A stretch of DNA of 64,000 bases, taken from NCBI GenBank assembly GCA_965261595.1, contig CBDHDG010000006.1:448001-512000 (forward strand), read 5' to 3'. Positions 21,274 to 31,784 of the stretch are shown piece by piece (within the stretch, counting starts at the first letter, position 1; each line of letters starts with the position of its first letter). Position numbers and translations under genes: made by a program. Source of the DNA: a bacterium (lineage in GTDB: Bacteria > UBA8248 > JACPRG01 > G963555815). The notes under the pieces were generated by a model that saw nothing but the letters and a program-made list of their open reading frames with translations, made no database searches and had not been told where the DNA came from.

Positions 21274-21425
21274 GCGGGCGGACTCAACCGATGACTTTGC
21301 GCCCGTCCGCTTGAACCGGAGCGGACGAGCCCAGGGAAGACAAAGCTCCCTTCCGAGGGATCGCGGAAACAACCGGCGTTGACCGGCCCGAGCCGGTCGA
21401 CAATGTTTTCTGAGAGGGGAAACGG

Positions 21426-23744
21426 ATGACGAGTCACGACTATATCGGGGCTTCCTACGAACGGGGAGACGGCTACGAGAAGGCCAGGGGGCTGGCCATC
21501 TATGGCACCGACGTGACCGTGCCCAAAATGCTTCACGCCAAGATCCTCAGGAGTCCCGCTCCCCACGCCATGATCCGGAACATCAACGTCGAGAAGGCGA
21601 AGCGTCTGAAGGGCGTGCACGCCGTCGTGACGGGACTCGACTATCCCGACTCCCGGTGGGGCGCGCACCTGGCCGACCAGACGATCTACGGCGTGGACCG
21701 GGTGCGGTACGTGGGCGAGGCGGTGGCCGGCGTCGCCGCCGTGGATGAAGACACGGCCCAGGAAGCGGTGGAGCTGATCGAGGTCGAGTACGAAGACCTG
21801 CCGGTGCTGTTCGACCCGGATGAAGCCCTGAAGCCCGACGCGATCCTCATCCACCCGGATCTGGGCGAATACGATTACAACGAGCACGTCCTGGTCAAGC
21901 AACCCGGAACGAACATCGCCAACCTCACGCGGGTTCGCAAGGGGGACATCGACGAGGGCCTGAAAAAATCGGACCTCGTCGTCGAGGGCACGTACGAAAT
22001 CCCGATGGTCCAACACGTCTGCATGGAGCCCCACGTCTGCGTCGCCCAGTTCAACGCCCAGCGGAAGCTCGACATCTGGAGCAGCACCCAGGGCCTGTAC
22101 CTCGCCCGGGAGCACGTGGCCAAAGGCCTGCGCCTTTCCCAAAGCGACGTCCGGATCATCACCATGTACGTCGGGGGCGCCTTCGGGGGCAAGATCAGCG
22201 GCCTCACGGAGGGGCTCGCCGGCTCGCTGGCGCTGAAGACCGACTGCCGTCCCGTCCGCCTGGAGATGACACGGGACGAGGAGTTCATCTCGACGTTCGT
22301 CCGCCAGCCCATGAAGTCCGTGATCCGGACCGGGGTCATGCGCAACGGGGACTTCGTCGCCCGAAAGATCCACAGCGTCTGGGACACGGGGGCCTACGGA
22401 GACTATGAGATCCTGGTCTCCCGCGCGGCGGGCATCTCCTCGATCGGCCCGTACAAGTTCCCCCATATCTGGATCGACTCGTATTGCGTTTACACCAACA
22501 AGCCCATCGCCGGCGCCTATCGGGGCTTCGGAGTGCCCGAAACGTGTTTCGCCTACGAGGGTCAGTTGGAGGTCATCGGGCGCGAGCTCGGGATCGATCC
22601 AATCGAGCTCCGGAACCGGAACTGCGTGGTATCGGGAGACCTCACGGCGACGGGGCAGGTCCTGAAGGGGTGCGGTCTCAAGGAATGCATCCAAAAGGCC
22701 CACGATGCTTTGCACGAAGCGCCCATGGCACCGGCCGCTCCGGGAAAGCGGCGCGGACGGGGCCTGGCCTGCATGTGGAAATTCACCAACGGTTACGCCC
22801 ACGTCTCCAGCGGTCTCAAAATCAACGAGGACGGCAGCGCCATCCTCCTCACCAGCTCCGTGGAGCACGGCCAAGGGGCCCACACCGTTCTGCGGCAGAT
22901 GGCGGGAGAGGCCCTCGGCCTCGACCCGGAAAAGATCGGCATCGCCCACCCGGACACTGCCGTGAGTCCCTACGGCTGGGAAACCTCGTCCAGCAAATCG
23001 GTCTTTTATGACGGGAACGCCATCCTGAAAGCCGCCGAGGACTGCAAGCAACAGTTATTCAAGGTGGCGGCGATCAAGCTGGAAGCCGACCCGCAGGACC
23101 TGGAGACCAAGGAGGGGACCGTCTTCGTCAAAAGCGCCCCGGAGCGCGCCGTCTCCTTTGAGAAGTGCGCGATGGGGACGCCCGGCCCCGACGGCAAGTT
23201 CGTGGGCGGGCCCATCCTCGGCCAGGGGCATTTCACCCCGATCGAGCAGACCGGCCTCGATCCGAAAACCGGACAGGGCAAGCAACCCGGGGCCTTCTGG
23301 ATGTTTGCGGCCCAAGGGGCGGAGGTCGAAGTGGACGAAAGCACCGGAGAGGTCACCCTGGTCCGGATGACCGCGGCGCACGACGTGGGGAAGGCGATCA
23401 ACCTGCAAGGGTGCACCAGTCAGATCGAGGGCGCCCTGGGACAGGGAATCGGACAGTCTTTCTTCGAAGAAATGGTCGTCGAGAACGGTGTGGTGATCAA
23501 CCCGACCCTGATGGACTACAAGATCCCGTGCATGCTCGACTTGCCGCCGATGGTCCCCATGGTCGTCGAAGAGCCGCACCCCGATGGACCCTGGGGGGCG
23601 AAGGGGGTGGGCGAGCCCGGCCTGGCCGCGACGGCGCCCGCGATCGGACACGCCATCTACGACGCAATCGGCGTACAACTCCGGGCCATCCCGTTCACGC
23701 CGGAGCGGGTCCTCGAAGTCATCCAAAAAAGGGATTCCGCGTAG
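21426..23744 (+). CDS. Xanthine dehydrogenase-family molybdopterin subunit (substrate unknown)
   Basis: LRSP..HA, VGGAFGGK, AYRGFG, EHGQG, QIEG..QG, GAKGVGEPG. Confidence 0.93.
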   Translation: MTSHDYIGASYERGDGYEKARGLAIYGTDVTVPKMLHAKILRSPAPHAMIRNINVEKAKRLKGVHAVVTGLDYPDSRWGAHLADQTIYGVDRVRYVGEAVAGVAAVDEDTAQEAVELIEVEYEDLPVLFDPDEALKPDAILIHPDLGEYDYNEHVLVKQPGTNIANLTRVRKGDIDEGLKKSDLVVEGTYEIPMVQHVCMEPHVCVAQFNAQRKLDIWSSTQGLYLAREHVAKGLRLSQSDVRIITMYVGGAFGGKISGLTEGLAGSLALKTDCRPVRLEMTRDEEFISTFVRQPMKSVIRTGVMRNGDFVARKIHSVWDTGAYGDYEILVSRAAGISSIGPYKFPHIWIDSYCVYTNKPIAGAYRGFGVPETCFAYEGQLEVIGRELGIDPIELRNRNCVVSGDLTATGQVLKGCGLKECIQKAHDALHEAPMAPAAPGKRRGRGLACMWKFTNGYAHVSSGLKINEDGSAILLTSSVEHGQGAHTVLRQMAGEALGLDPEKIGIAHPDTAVSPYGWETSSSKSVFYDGNAILKAAEDCKQQLFKVAAIKLEADPQDLETKEGTVFVKSAPERAVSFEKCAMGTPGPDGKFVGGPILGQGHFTPIEQTGLDPKTGQGKQPGAFWMFAAQGAEVEVDESTGEVTLVRMTAAHDVGKAINLQGCTSQIEGALGQGIGQSFFEEMVVENGVVINPTLMDYKIPCMLDLPPMVPMVVEEPHPDGPWGAKGVGEPGLAATAPAIGHAIYDAIGVQLRAIPFTPERVLEVIQKRDSA

Positions 23745-23864
23745 GTTTCTTCGATTCCTCGCGGCATGAACCCGAAAACTTCCCGGAGCACCGCGATGGA
23801 ACGCGGCGCCACCGTGTTTTTCGGGCATGCGCTCCCGCCGCTTCGATTTAGCGGAAATTTCGGC

Positions 23865-24227
23865 TTATTCCCCGAACTCGTTCTTGGCGTATTCGGAGCT
23901 CTCCATCTTCTCTCCGAATTCCACCACAAGGTCGCGGATCAACCGGTAGCGGGGGATGGGCTCGACGACCATGTCCTCTTCCAGCGGGATCTGGCAGGAG
24001 AGAACGGATTTTCCGTTGACCTTCATCTGGCAGGTGCGGCAGTCCTCGATCCGGCAGGACCACCGGACGGCGAGAGAGTGGTCCACCTCTTCCTGGATGT
24101 AACGCAGCCCGTCGAGGACCTTGATGCCCTCCCACCAGGGGATGGTGAATTCTTCCAGCCGACCCTCCCGCTCGCCCGCGTCGGGATCCTGGCGGTAGAC
24201 CTTAAACCGCAATTTCCGGTCGCTCAT
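23865..24227 (-). CDS. Stand-alone SdhB/FrdB N-terminal-type 2Fe-2S protein
   Basis: WSCR..DC.TC...VNG...LSC and IRDLVV; the 4Fe-4S/3Fe-4S domain is absent. Confidence 0.85.
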   Translation of the reverse strand: MSDRKLRFKVYRQDPDAGEREGRLEEFTIPWWEGIKVLDGLRYIQEEVDHSLAVRWSCRIEDCRTCQMKVNGKSVLSCQIPLEEDMVVEPIPRYRLIRDLVVEFGEKMESSEYAKNEFGE

Positions 24228-25995
24228 CGATGACCTCCTTCGGATCGACGCTTGTCACGTGGACGGGCGCCGTCCGGATTTGCGCCGAACCGTCCCCGCC
24301 GCGGTTTACATAGACGTTCCGAAGCCAATTTTCGTTGTCTATCGCCAGGTAATCGTCCCGGTGGTGATTCCCCCGGCTTTCGGTCCGCTCGAGCGCGGCC
24401 CGGGCCACCATCATGCACGTGTCCAGTTGGTGGGGCAGGATGATCGCCGTGGACCATTCCACGTTGAACGTGGCGGCCCGGGTTCCGATCCGGGTCCGGG
24501 GCAGAAGCTCTTCCTTGGCCTCGGAAAACCACGCCAGGGCGGATTTCATGTCTTTCTCGTTCCGGATGACGCCCACCTTCTCCCACATGATCTCCTGCAT
24601 CTTCTGGCGAAGCCGGATGGGGCTTTCGCCCTTTCCGCCACCGTCCATCCAGCCGAAGACGCGCCGGCGCTCGGCCTCGACCTTCGCGTCGGACGGGGCG
24701 GCCCCGGCGGTCCGGGCGGCGTAGCCCGCCGCTTCCCGGCCGGCGGTCCGGCCGAAAGCCAGGACGTGCGTCAGGGCGTTTCCGCCGAGGCGATTCGCCC
24801 CGTGGACGCCGCCCTGGATCTCGCCGGCGGTGAACAAACCCTCGACGGTGGACATCATGTCGACGCCGGTCCGCACGCCGCCCCCCGTGAAGTGGGACTT
24901 GGCGCCGACCTCCATCGGCTCTTTGGAGAGGTCGAAGCCCACGCGCTCGCACCGGACCCGGTAGCTTTTGGGAATGGACTTTCCGCCCTGGAACTTGTCG
25001 AACTCATAGATCAGGACGTCTTTGGGGACGCCGGTCAGGTCCATGTAGCAGCCGCCGTGGGGGGAGCCGCGTCCCGCGCGGACTTCGCTGTAGATGCCGA
25101 ACGAGCGGATGTCCCGCGTGGTGTTCCATTTCCGGACGTCGTCGTACTTGGCGAGAAAATCCTCGCCCAGGGCGTTCAGGAATTTGCCGTGCTCCCGGAT
25201 CTGGGGCCGCCAGCCGGGGAAATTCGTGATGGTCACGTTGATGTGCGTGATGCGCGGATCGACCTGGGACGGAAGGAACTGGACGAATTCCATGTCCACG
25301 AAATCCGCGCCGGCTTCGTAGGCCATTCCGTGGACGTCGCCCCCGCACTCCACCGCGGTCGTCGTGAACCGGTAAGGCCACAGGGTGGCGTATCCGCCGG
25401 CGGCCAGGATCACGGCCTTGCTCTTGAAAACGATGAACTCCCCCGTTTTCCAGTCGAGCCCGGTCACGCCCCCCACTTTTCCGTCCTCGACCAGCAGGCT
25501 CGTCACCAGGATGTTCTCCATCCAGGGGATTTCCAGGCGGTCGATCTCCTTGCGCAGCGCCCACATGATCCGCGGCCCGGTCATGAAACCGTAGTGAACC
25601 GATCGCTTGCGCGAATGTCCGCCGGGCGGCCAAACGAGGTCGAATTTTCCGTCCTTGTCTTTGCGAAAGGTCTTGCCCCCCCCCCATTCATCCAGCTCAT
25701 AGAGGGTTTCGGGGGACTCGTTCGCGTAGCGTTCGACGAGGCGCTGGTCGGGCATGCAGTAGCCGCCGATGACAGTGTCCCGGAAGTGCTGGTCCGGGGT
25801 GTCGTCGTCGCCCACGGCCGCGGTGCAGGTGTGGCCCGCTGTGATGGTGGCCCCGCTGCGGCCGAAGGTGCCGCGATCGAGGATCAGCGCCCGGGCGCCG
25901 CCGCTTCTCGCGTGAATGGCGGCCTCCCCCCCGGCGCCGCCCGAGCCGACGACGATGACGTCCGTTTCCACAACGCGATGGGATTTAGCATTCAA
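24202..25995 (-). CDS. SdhA/FrdA/NadB-family flavoprotein with non-canonical active site
   Basis: GSGGAG, DMEFVQF, HFTGGG, HGANRLGGNAL, RTESRG.H; AGGAGG before a TTG start. Confidence 0.9.
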   Translation of the reverse strand: MNAKSHRVVETDVIVVGSGGAGGEAAIHARSGGARALILDRGTFGRSGATITAGHTCTAAVGDDDTPDQHFRDTVIGGYCMPDQRLVERYANESPETLYELDEWGGGKTFRKDKDGKFDLVWPPGGHSRKRSVHYGFMTGPRIMWALRKEIDRLEIPWMENILVTSLLVEDGKVGGVTGLDWKTGEFIVFKSKAVILAAGGYATLWPYRFTTTAVECGGDVHGMAYEAGADFVDMEFVQFLPSQVDPRITHINVTITNFPGWRPQIREHGKFLNALGEDFLAKYDDVRKWNTTRDIRSFGIYSEVRAGRGSPHGGCYMDLTGVPKDVLIYEFDKFQGGKSIPKSYRVRCERVGFDLSKEPMEVGAKSHFTGGGVRTGVDMMSTVEGLFTAGEIQGGVHGANRLGGNALTHVLAFGRTAGREAAGYAARTAGAAPSDAKVEAERRRVFGWMDGGGKGESPIRLRQKMQEIMWEKVGVIRNEKDMKSALAWFSEAKEELLPRTRIGTRAATFNVEWSTAIILPHQLDTCMMVARAALERTESRGNHHRDDYLAIDNENWLRNVYVNRGGDGSAQIRTAPVHVTSVDPKEVIDERPEIAV

Positions 25996-26326
25996 CGTGG
26001 CGACCTCCTAAACGAGGGCAAAGAACAAATCCGGGCCGGGCGGGGGGGGGGGACCTTCCCGCGAAAAGCCGGATGTCTCAACGGATCATGCCGGATTTGA
26101 CCAGCGCACCCCCCGGATGACGGAAGCGGACGGCCCGGCCGCCAACGCTACGCCCCGGAGAGAAAAGCTTGACGGGCTCGGAAGGGCTTCTGTAGCATGA
26201 CTTGGGTTTCGCACAACATCCCGGAAATCATCATTCATGAACCCCGGCGGGGTGTCAAGGTCTGTCCCAGGCGCCCTCCCCGAAGAATCCGTCGACTCGC
26301 TTTCAGCCTTCCCGGGGGAATCCGTC

Positions 26327-27511
26327 ATGCCGAATCCGCTCACGCAACGACTTCGCGAAAGCCTCGAAGGCCTCAAGGCCGAGAAGCGATTCAGGACCAT
26401 ACCCATTCTCGAGAGCGAGCAAAAGGCTCACGTCCGCCTGAACGGCCGGGACGTCATCATGCTCTCCTCCAACAACTACCTCGGACTGGCCAACCACCCC
26501 AAGCTCAAGGAAGCGGCCCGGGAAGGGATTCAGCGCTACGGCTGCGGGACGGCGTCGGTCCGGTTCATCTGCGGAACGATGGACATTCACCGCGAGCTCG
26601 AAGCGGAGATCGCCGCGTTCGTCGGCGCGGAGGACGCGCTCCTCTACTCCTCCTGCGCGGCCGCCAACGAGGGGCTGATCCCCGCGCTCATGGGCGAGGG
26701 AGACCTGATTTGCAGCGACGGCCTCAACCACGCCAGCATCATCGACGGAATCCGCCTGAGCCGCGCGGCGCGGCGCATCTATCCCCACCGGGACTTGGCG
26801 GCGCTGGAAGCCGGGCTCGCGGCCCATGGGGACGCCGTCCTCAAAATGGTCGTGACCGACGGGGTGTTCAGCATGGAGGGGGACCTGGCCCCGCTTCCGG
26901 AAATGGCGGACGTGGCGGACCGGCACGGGGCGTTCCTGGTGGTGGACGAATCCCACGCCCTGGGGATTCTCGGAGAGAACGGCCGGGGAACGGGCGAGCA
27001 CCTCGGGGTTGAGGATCGCGTCCGGATCCAGACCGGGACGCTGGGCAAATCGCTGGGGGGCGCCATGGGCGGATACGTGGCCGGAAGCCGCGACCTGATC
27101 GAGCACCTGACGCAAACCTCGCGGCCTTACATCTTCTCCAACGCCCTCCCCCCGGCCGTCGTGTTCGTCGCCATCGCCGCCCTGAAGCTGATCCGGGAGG
27201 ACCCCTCCCCCCGCGAGCGGCTGCGGGAAAGCACCGCATACTTCCGCCGGGAAATGGGGACCGCCGGGTTCAACATCATCGAGGGGTTCCACCCCATCGT
27301 CCCCGTTTTGATCGGCGACACCCCCAAGGCCCTGGAGATGAGCGCGGCGCTGTTCGAGGAGGGGGTCTTCGTGACCGGGTTCGGCTTTCCCGTGGTCCCC
27401 AAAGGGGAGGCCCGCCTGCGGGCGCAGATCTCGGCCGCCCACACCCGGGACGACATCGACCGGTGCCTGGAGGCCTTCCGCGCCGTCGGCCGGCGTCTCG
27501 GCGTCATGTAG
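26327..27511 (+). CDS. kbl: Glycine C-acetyltransferase (2-amino-3-ketobutyrate CoA ligase)
   Basis: SSNNYLGLA, SVRFICGT, LNHASIIDGIRL, DGVFSMEGD, GTLGK, FPVVPKGEARLRAQ. Confidence 0.85.
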   Translation: MPNPLTQRLRESLEGLKAEKRFRTIPILESEQKAHVRLNGRDVIMLSSNNYLGLANHPKLKEAAREGIQRYGCGTASVRFICGTMDIHRELEAEIAAFVGAEDALLYSSCAAANEGLIPALMGEGDLICSDGLNHASIIDGIRLSRAARRIYPHRDLAALEAGLAAHGDAVLKMVVTDGVFSMEGDLAPLPEMADVADRHGAFLVVDESHALGILGENGRGTGEHLGVEDRVRIQTGTLGKSLGGAMGGYVAGSRDLIEHLTQTSRPYIFSNALPPAVVFVAIAALKLIREDPSPRERLRESTAYFRREMGTAGFNIIEGFHPIVPVLIGDTPKALEMSAALFEEGVFVTGFGFPVVPKGEARLRAQISAAHTRDDIDRCLEAFRAVGRRLGVM

Positions 27512-27639
27512 GCGGTCCGGCCGGTTCGTTTCGGGGTCCGGACCGCATTTCCGAAAATCCGAAATCACCCATCCCCCCCTCCCCCGACCCCCGGTTGTTG
27601 AAACCGGGATTTCGCGTGAGATAGAGGAGAAAGTCCAAA

Positions 27640-28536
27640 ATGGCCGGTAAGGGCAAGGAAACCCAGGTTTACGTCAACGGAAAGTTTTACCCCGAAAGCC
27701 AAGCCTCGGTTTCGGTTTTCGACCATGGCCTTCTATACGGGGACGGCATTTACGACACCCTTTGCTCGTGGAACCATTCCATCTTCCGGCTGCGGGAGCA
27801 CATCGACCGTCTCTACCGCTCGGCCCACGCGGTCATGCTCAAGATCCCCCTGTCCAAGAAGAAGCTCTCGGAGACCATCGTCGAGACGGTCCGCCGATCG
27901 GGATTCCGAAACGCCTACGTCAAGTGCCTCGTCACCCGGGGCGTGGGGCCTCAGCCGCTCTTGGATCCCCGCGGATGCAAGCCGACGCTGATCATCTTCT
28001 GTCGGCCCTATATGTGGCTGACCGGGAGCAACAAGGGCGTCGGGGTCCGGTGCAAGATTACACAGACCCGGCAGATTCCCAACGACGCCCTGAGCCGGCA
28101 GGTGAAAAACCTGAACTATCTCAATTTCGTCCTGGCGAAGATTGAAGCCATCGAGACGGGATTCGACAACGCCCTGTTGCCCAACCTGGCCGGCGAGGTG
28201 CTCGAGGGGCCGGGGCTCAATCTCTTCCTGGTGAAAGATCGCGTCCTGGTGACGCCGCCCTCGGGAGAAATTCTCGAGGGGATCACCCGGACGGTCATCT
28301 TCGATATGGCGGCGGAGCTGGGCATCCCGGTCCGGGAGGAGAGCCTCAGCCCTTACGACTGCTACACGGCCGACGAAGCCTTCTTCTGCAGCACGGCGGG
28401 GGGGGTCGTCCCCATCACCAATATCGATGGGCGGAAGATCGGGTCCGGGAAAATGGGCCGCGTCTCCAAAACTTTGGAGGAGACCTACTTCAAGTGGCTG
28501 GAGTCCGGGCGCGACGGCACGCCGGTGAAAGCGTAA
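27640..28536 (+). CDS. Class IV (fold-type IV PLP) aminotransferase
   Basis: SVFDHGLLYGDG, KNLNYLN, EGPG.NLF, LEGITR, ADEAF..STAGG. Confidence 0.9.
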   Translation: MAGKGKETQVYVNGKFYPESQASVSVFDHGLLYGDGIYDTLCSWNHSIFRLREHIDRLYRSAHAVMLKIPLSKKKLSETIVETVRRSGFRNAYVKCLVTRGVGPQPLLDPRGCKPTLIIFCRPYMWLTGSNKGVGVRCKITQTRQIPNDALSRQVKNLNYLNFVLAKIEAIETGFDNALLPNLAGEVLEGPGLNLFLVKDRVLVTPPSGEILEGITRTVIFDMAAELGIPVREESLSPYDCYTADEAFFCSTAGGVVPITNIDGRKIGSGKMGRVSKTLEETYFKWLESGRDGTPVKA

Positions 28537-28595
28537 TCCGCATTCGTCACTCCCTCCGTTTTTGGGGGGGGATCCGGGTCCAACCGCGATCCGGG

Positions 28596-29678
28596 TCAAC
28601 CGCGTCCGAAGAGGTCGAGCTGGGAGCCGGCGGGCCGTCTGAACGCCCCCGTCGAAAGGCTCGGCTTGCCGCCCGACAACCCGGCCTTCCGGCGGGCCAC
28701 GGAGAAAAGGCTCTCAATCTGTTCGGCAAAAACGCCCTCCCCTTTCATCCTGGATCTGAAGCGCGGGTCGTTCAGCCGGCCGCCCCGCATGGCGCGCACC
28801 CGGTTCAGCACCTTGTCCTTCCGATCGGGGAAATGACGGCTCAGCCAATCCTCGAACAGGGATGAAACGCCGTAGGGCAGCCGGAGGAGGGTGTAGCCCG
28901 CAAACCGCGCGCCGGCCCTGGCGGCCGCCGAGAGGATCGACGGAAGCGCGTGGTCGGTCAGCCCCGGAATGACGGGCGCCACGAGAACGCCCGCCGGAAC
29001 CCCCGCCGCGGCCAGGGTCTCAATCGCTTCCAGCCGCCTTTGGGGGAGGGACGCCCGCGGCTCGAGATTTCGGCTGAGGCGGGCATCCAGCGTCGTGACG
29101 GACAGGCAGACGGCCACCGCGTCGCTCCGGGCCAGGTCGGCCAAAAGCTCTACATCGCGCGTCACGAGACGGTTTTTCGTGATGATGACAACGGGGTTCC
29201 GGAACTCCAGAAAGACTTCGAGGCATCCCCGCGTGATTCCCAGGCACCGCTCGGCCGGCTGGTAGGGGTCGGTCGCTCCGCACATCGCGACGACCCGGGG
29301 GCGCCACCCGGGAGAGGACAAGGCCTTCCGCAACAGGGCCGGCGCCTTCTCTTTGACCAGGATCTTCGTCTCGAAATCGAGGCCCGCTGAAAATCCCAGA
29401 TATTCGTGAGTCGGCCGGGCGTAACAATACACGCAGCCGTGCTCACATCCCCGGTACGGATTGACGCCGGCGTCGAAGCCGATGTCCGGACTGTCGTTGC
29501 GGGAGATAATGGAGCGCGAGGGGTCTTTCAGATAGACCGTTTCGGGCGCGTGGGCGTCGGCCGAGCAGTCATCCGGATCGAGGAATTCATCGTCCCGGAC
29601 GTACTCGATCCTTTCGAAGCGGGTCCCGGGATTCCCGGCGGCGCCGCGGCCGCGTATCGACTGGGGGCTTCCCTGCAT
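28596..29678 (-). CDS. Radical SAM protein, PA0069/Rv2578c (SplB-like) family
   Basis: NPYRGCEHGCVYCYARPTH, TDPYQP.E, PVIPGLTD, LRLP. Confidence 0.92.
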   Translation of the reverse strand: MQGSPQSIRGRGAAGNPGTRFERIEYVRDDEFLDPDDCSADAHAPETVYLKDPSRSIISRNDSPDIGFDAGVNPYRGCEHGCVYCYARPTHEYLGFSAGLDFETKILVKEKAPALLRKALSSPGWRPRVVAMCGATDPYQPAERCLGITRGCLEVFLEFRNPVVIITKNRLVTRDVELLADLARSDAVAVCLSVTTLDARLSRNLEPRASLPQRRLEAIETLAAAGVPAGVLVAPVIPGLTDHALPSILSAAARAGARFAGYTLLRLPYGVSSLFEDWLSRHFPDRKDKVLNRVRAMRGGRLNDPRFRSRMKGEGVFAEQIESLFSVARRKAGLSGGKPSLSTGAFRRPAGSQLDLFGRG

Positions 29679-29995
29679 CCCAAACTCCCGAGAGGCCGGC
29701 GAAAGAGATATTTCGTCTTATTTTCGTCTTCTTCGGCCAATCTGTCAAGACAGATTCGCCCGGAACAACGCCTCATCGACAGGCCGCCCCGCTCACCCCA
29801 AGCCGGATCATCATGGCCGGCGAGTCCGCGCGGCGCTTCGGCATCTCTCAGAAATCCATGTATGATGACTTCCGCTTGACTGTATTTTCCGATGAACCAC
29901 CTCTCCACGGATTGGGTGCGCGCAGCTTGCGGAATCACAATACGGCCATCAGCGACCCGGCGGTTCGGGCCGAAACGACGCCCCGGACGAAGTCG

Positions 29996-31184
29996 GTGAA
30001 TTATCCGCAGCTTTATTTGCTGGCCTCCAGCCACTTTATGCTGGACGCCTACAGCGGATCTTTGTCCCCCATTTTGCCTTTGCTGATCGCCAAGTTCGGA
30101 CTTTCCCTGACCCTGGCCGCCCTTCTCCTTTCGGCGTACCAGTTGGTCGCATCGCTGGGACAGGCCTTGTTCGGCTTCCTGACGGATCGATTCCCCCGAT
30201 TCAACTACAGCGTATGGAGCCTGGTCATCACCGGGACCTTCATCAGCGCGATGGGCTGGGTCCCCGTGTATTCCATGATTCTGGTCCTGCTGATCCTGGC
30301 GGGGCTCTCGACCGCCTCTTATCATCCCCAGGCGGCCGCGATGTCCGGCGAGGCGTCCAAAGAGTCCCGGGCCTTTGGAATGGCCGTCTTCATGACGGCG
30401 GGAAGGTTGGGCTATGCCGTCGGACCGCTCATCGCGGTGCCGATCGCCGTAACCTTCGACCACAAGGTTCTCATCCTGGCGGCCCTGCCGGCCCTGATCC
30501 TCGCGGCGGTCCTCCACCGTCACCGGACCCCGGTCGGGCGGGGGGCGCCCTGGCCCGGGCGGGCGGGGGGCGCCCTGGCCCGGGCGGGCGGAGTTTCTCA
30601 AGCCTTTTGTGGAAAACTCCCGTCCGCTGGTTCTCCTTTGGTTGTTCGAGGCCTTTCGGACAGGCATCATGACGGGCCTCAGCGCCTTTCTGCCGTTGAT
30701 GCTGATCGAGAAGGGGTATTCACTGGTGGCGGCCGGCGCCTCGGTGTCCTTGTTCATCGGCGCCGGGGCGGTGGGAAACCTGATCGGCGGCCGTCTCGCG
30801 GACCGCATCGGGCGGAAGCGGATACTCGTGTTCTCGGGCCTCGGCGCGATTCCTTTCGCGTACGGGTTCCTGTGGACCGAGGGGGCGCTTTTATGGGTCT
30901 GCCTCGCCCTGTTGGGGGCGGTGCTCCTTTCCTCCCTGGGTGTAACGCTGGCCAAGGGACAAGAGCTGGTGCCCGCGAGCTCGGGAACGGTCTCCAGCCT
31001 CATCATGGGGCTCACCTGGACGCTGGGGAGCCTCGGGATCCTGTTCATCGGCGCCGTGGGGGACTGGGCGGATCTTCCTACGGCGATCGCCATTTTGTTC
31101 CTCTTGCAAATCCCCGCGGGGATTTGCGCCTGGCTTCTTCCTCCGGACCGGGAACATTCGGCCGAACGGGAAGCCGCCGGGTAG
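29996..31184 (+). pseudogene. MFS transporter (Fsr-like) frameshifted by a 25-bp tandem duplication
   Basis: N-half (HF.LD.Y...PILP, YHP.A) and C-half (GG.LADRIGRK) are in different frames; 30536-30560 is duplicated exactly at 30561-30585. Confidence 0.85.
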
Positions 31185-31278
31185 GATCGGGCGTTCAGTC
31201 TTTCGCGGGGCGTTTCAGGGCGTCCCGGCGGGTGGCCGGGGCCCGGCGGATTCCGCTGAACATTCAGGAGGCATCGTC

Positions 31279-31674
31279 ATGGAAAAAACCATTCTGCAAC
31301 CCAAGACCCTTCACAAGCCTTTCAGCGCGTACTCCCACGGGATCGCCGTGGACGGGGCGAAGCGCGTCATCTTCTGCGCGGGCCAGGTGGCCGGCGACGC
31401 GGAAGGGAACATCGTCGGGGAGGGGGATTTCGACACCCAGGGCGAACAGGTCATGTCCAACCTCCGGGACGTTCTGGCCGAGGCCGGGGCGGCCTTCGCG
31501 GACGTGGTGAAGCTGACGACGTACATCGTCCGGAAAGAAGACACCCAGAAGGCCCGGGACCTGGTGGGCAGACACTTCAGTGAATATCCGCCGGCCAACA
31601 CGCTGTGCGTCCTTCAGGGACTGGCGACCCCGGCTTATCTGGTGGAAATCGAGGCGATCGCGGTTCTGGCGTGA
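31279..31674 (+). CDS. RidA/YjgF family protein
   Basis: YSHG, AGQV, DVVKLTTY, PANTL, LVEIEAIA. Confidence 0.92.
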   Translation: MEKTILQPKTLHKPFSAYSHGIAVDGAKRVIFCAGQVAGDAEGNIVGEGDFDTQGEQVMSNLRDVLAEAGAAFADVVKLTTYIVRKEDTQKARDLVGRHFSEYPPANTLCVLQGLATPAYLVEIEAIAVLA

Positions 31675-31784
31675 CGGTCGCTTCAAGATTCCGAGTCCAA
31701 TTCGCCGAGGCGTCGAACCCTTTACGTCAGGGGTCCGCTTGAAGGATTCCCTTCTCATCCACCACCGGAGAGGAGTCAGCGATC

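Noticed and set aside
19903..23744. Aerobic CO dehydrogenase
   Set aside because: Large subunit has AYRGFG, not the form I AYxCSFR loop
23865..25995. Canonical sdhAB/frdAB
   Set aside because: Key His residues are missing, the Fe-S subunit is truncated and there is no membrane anchor
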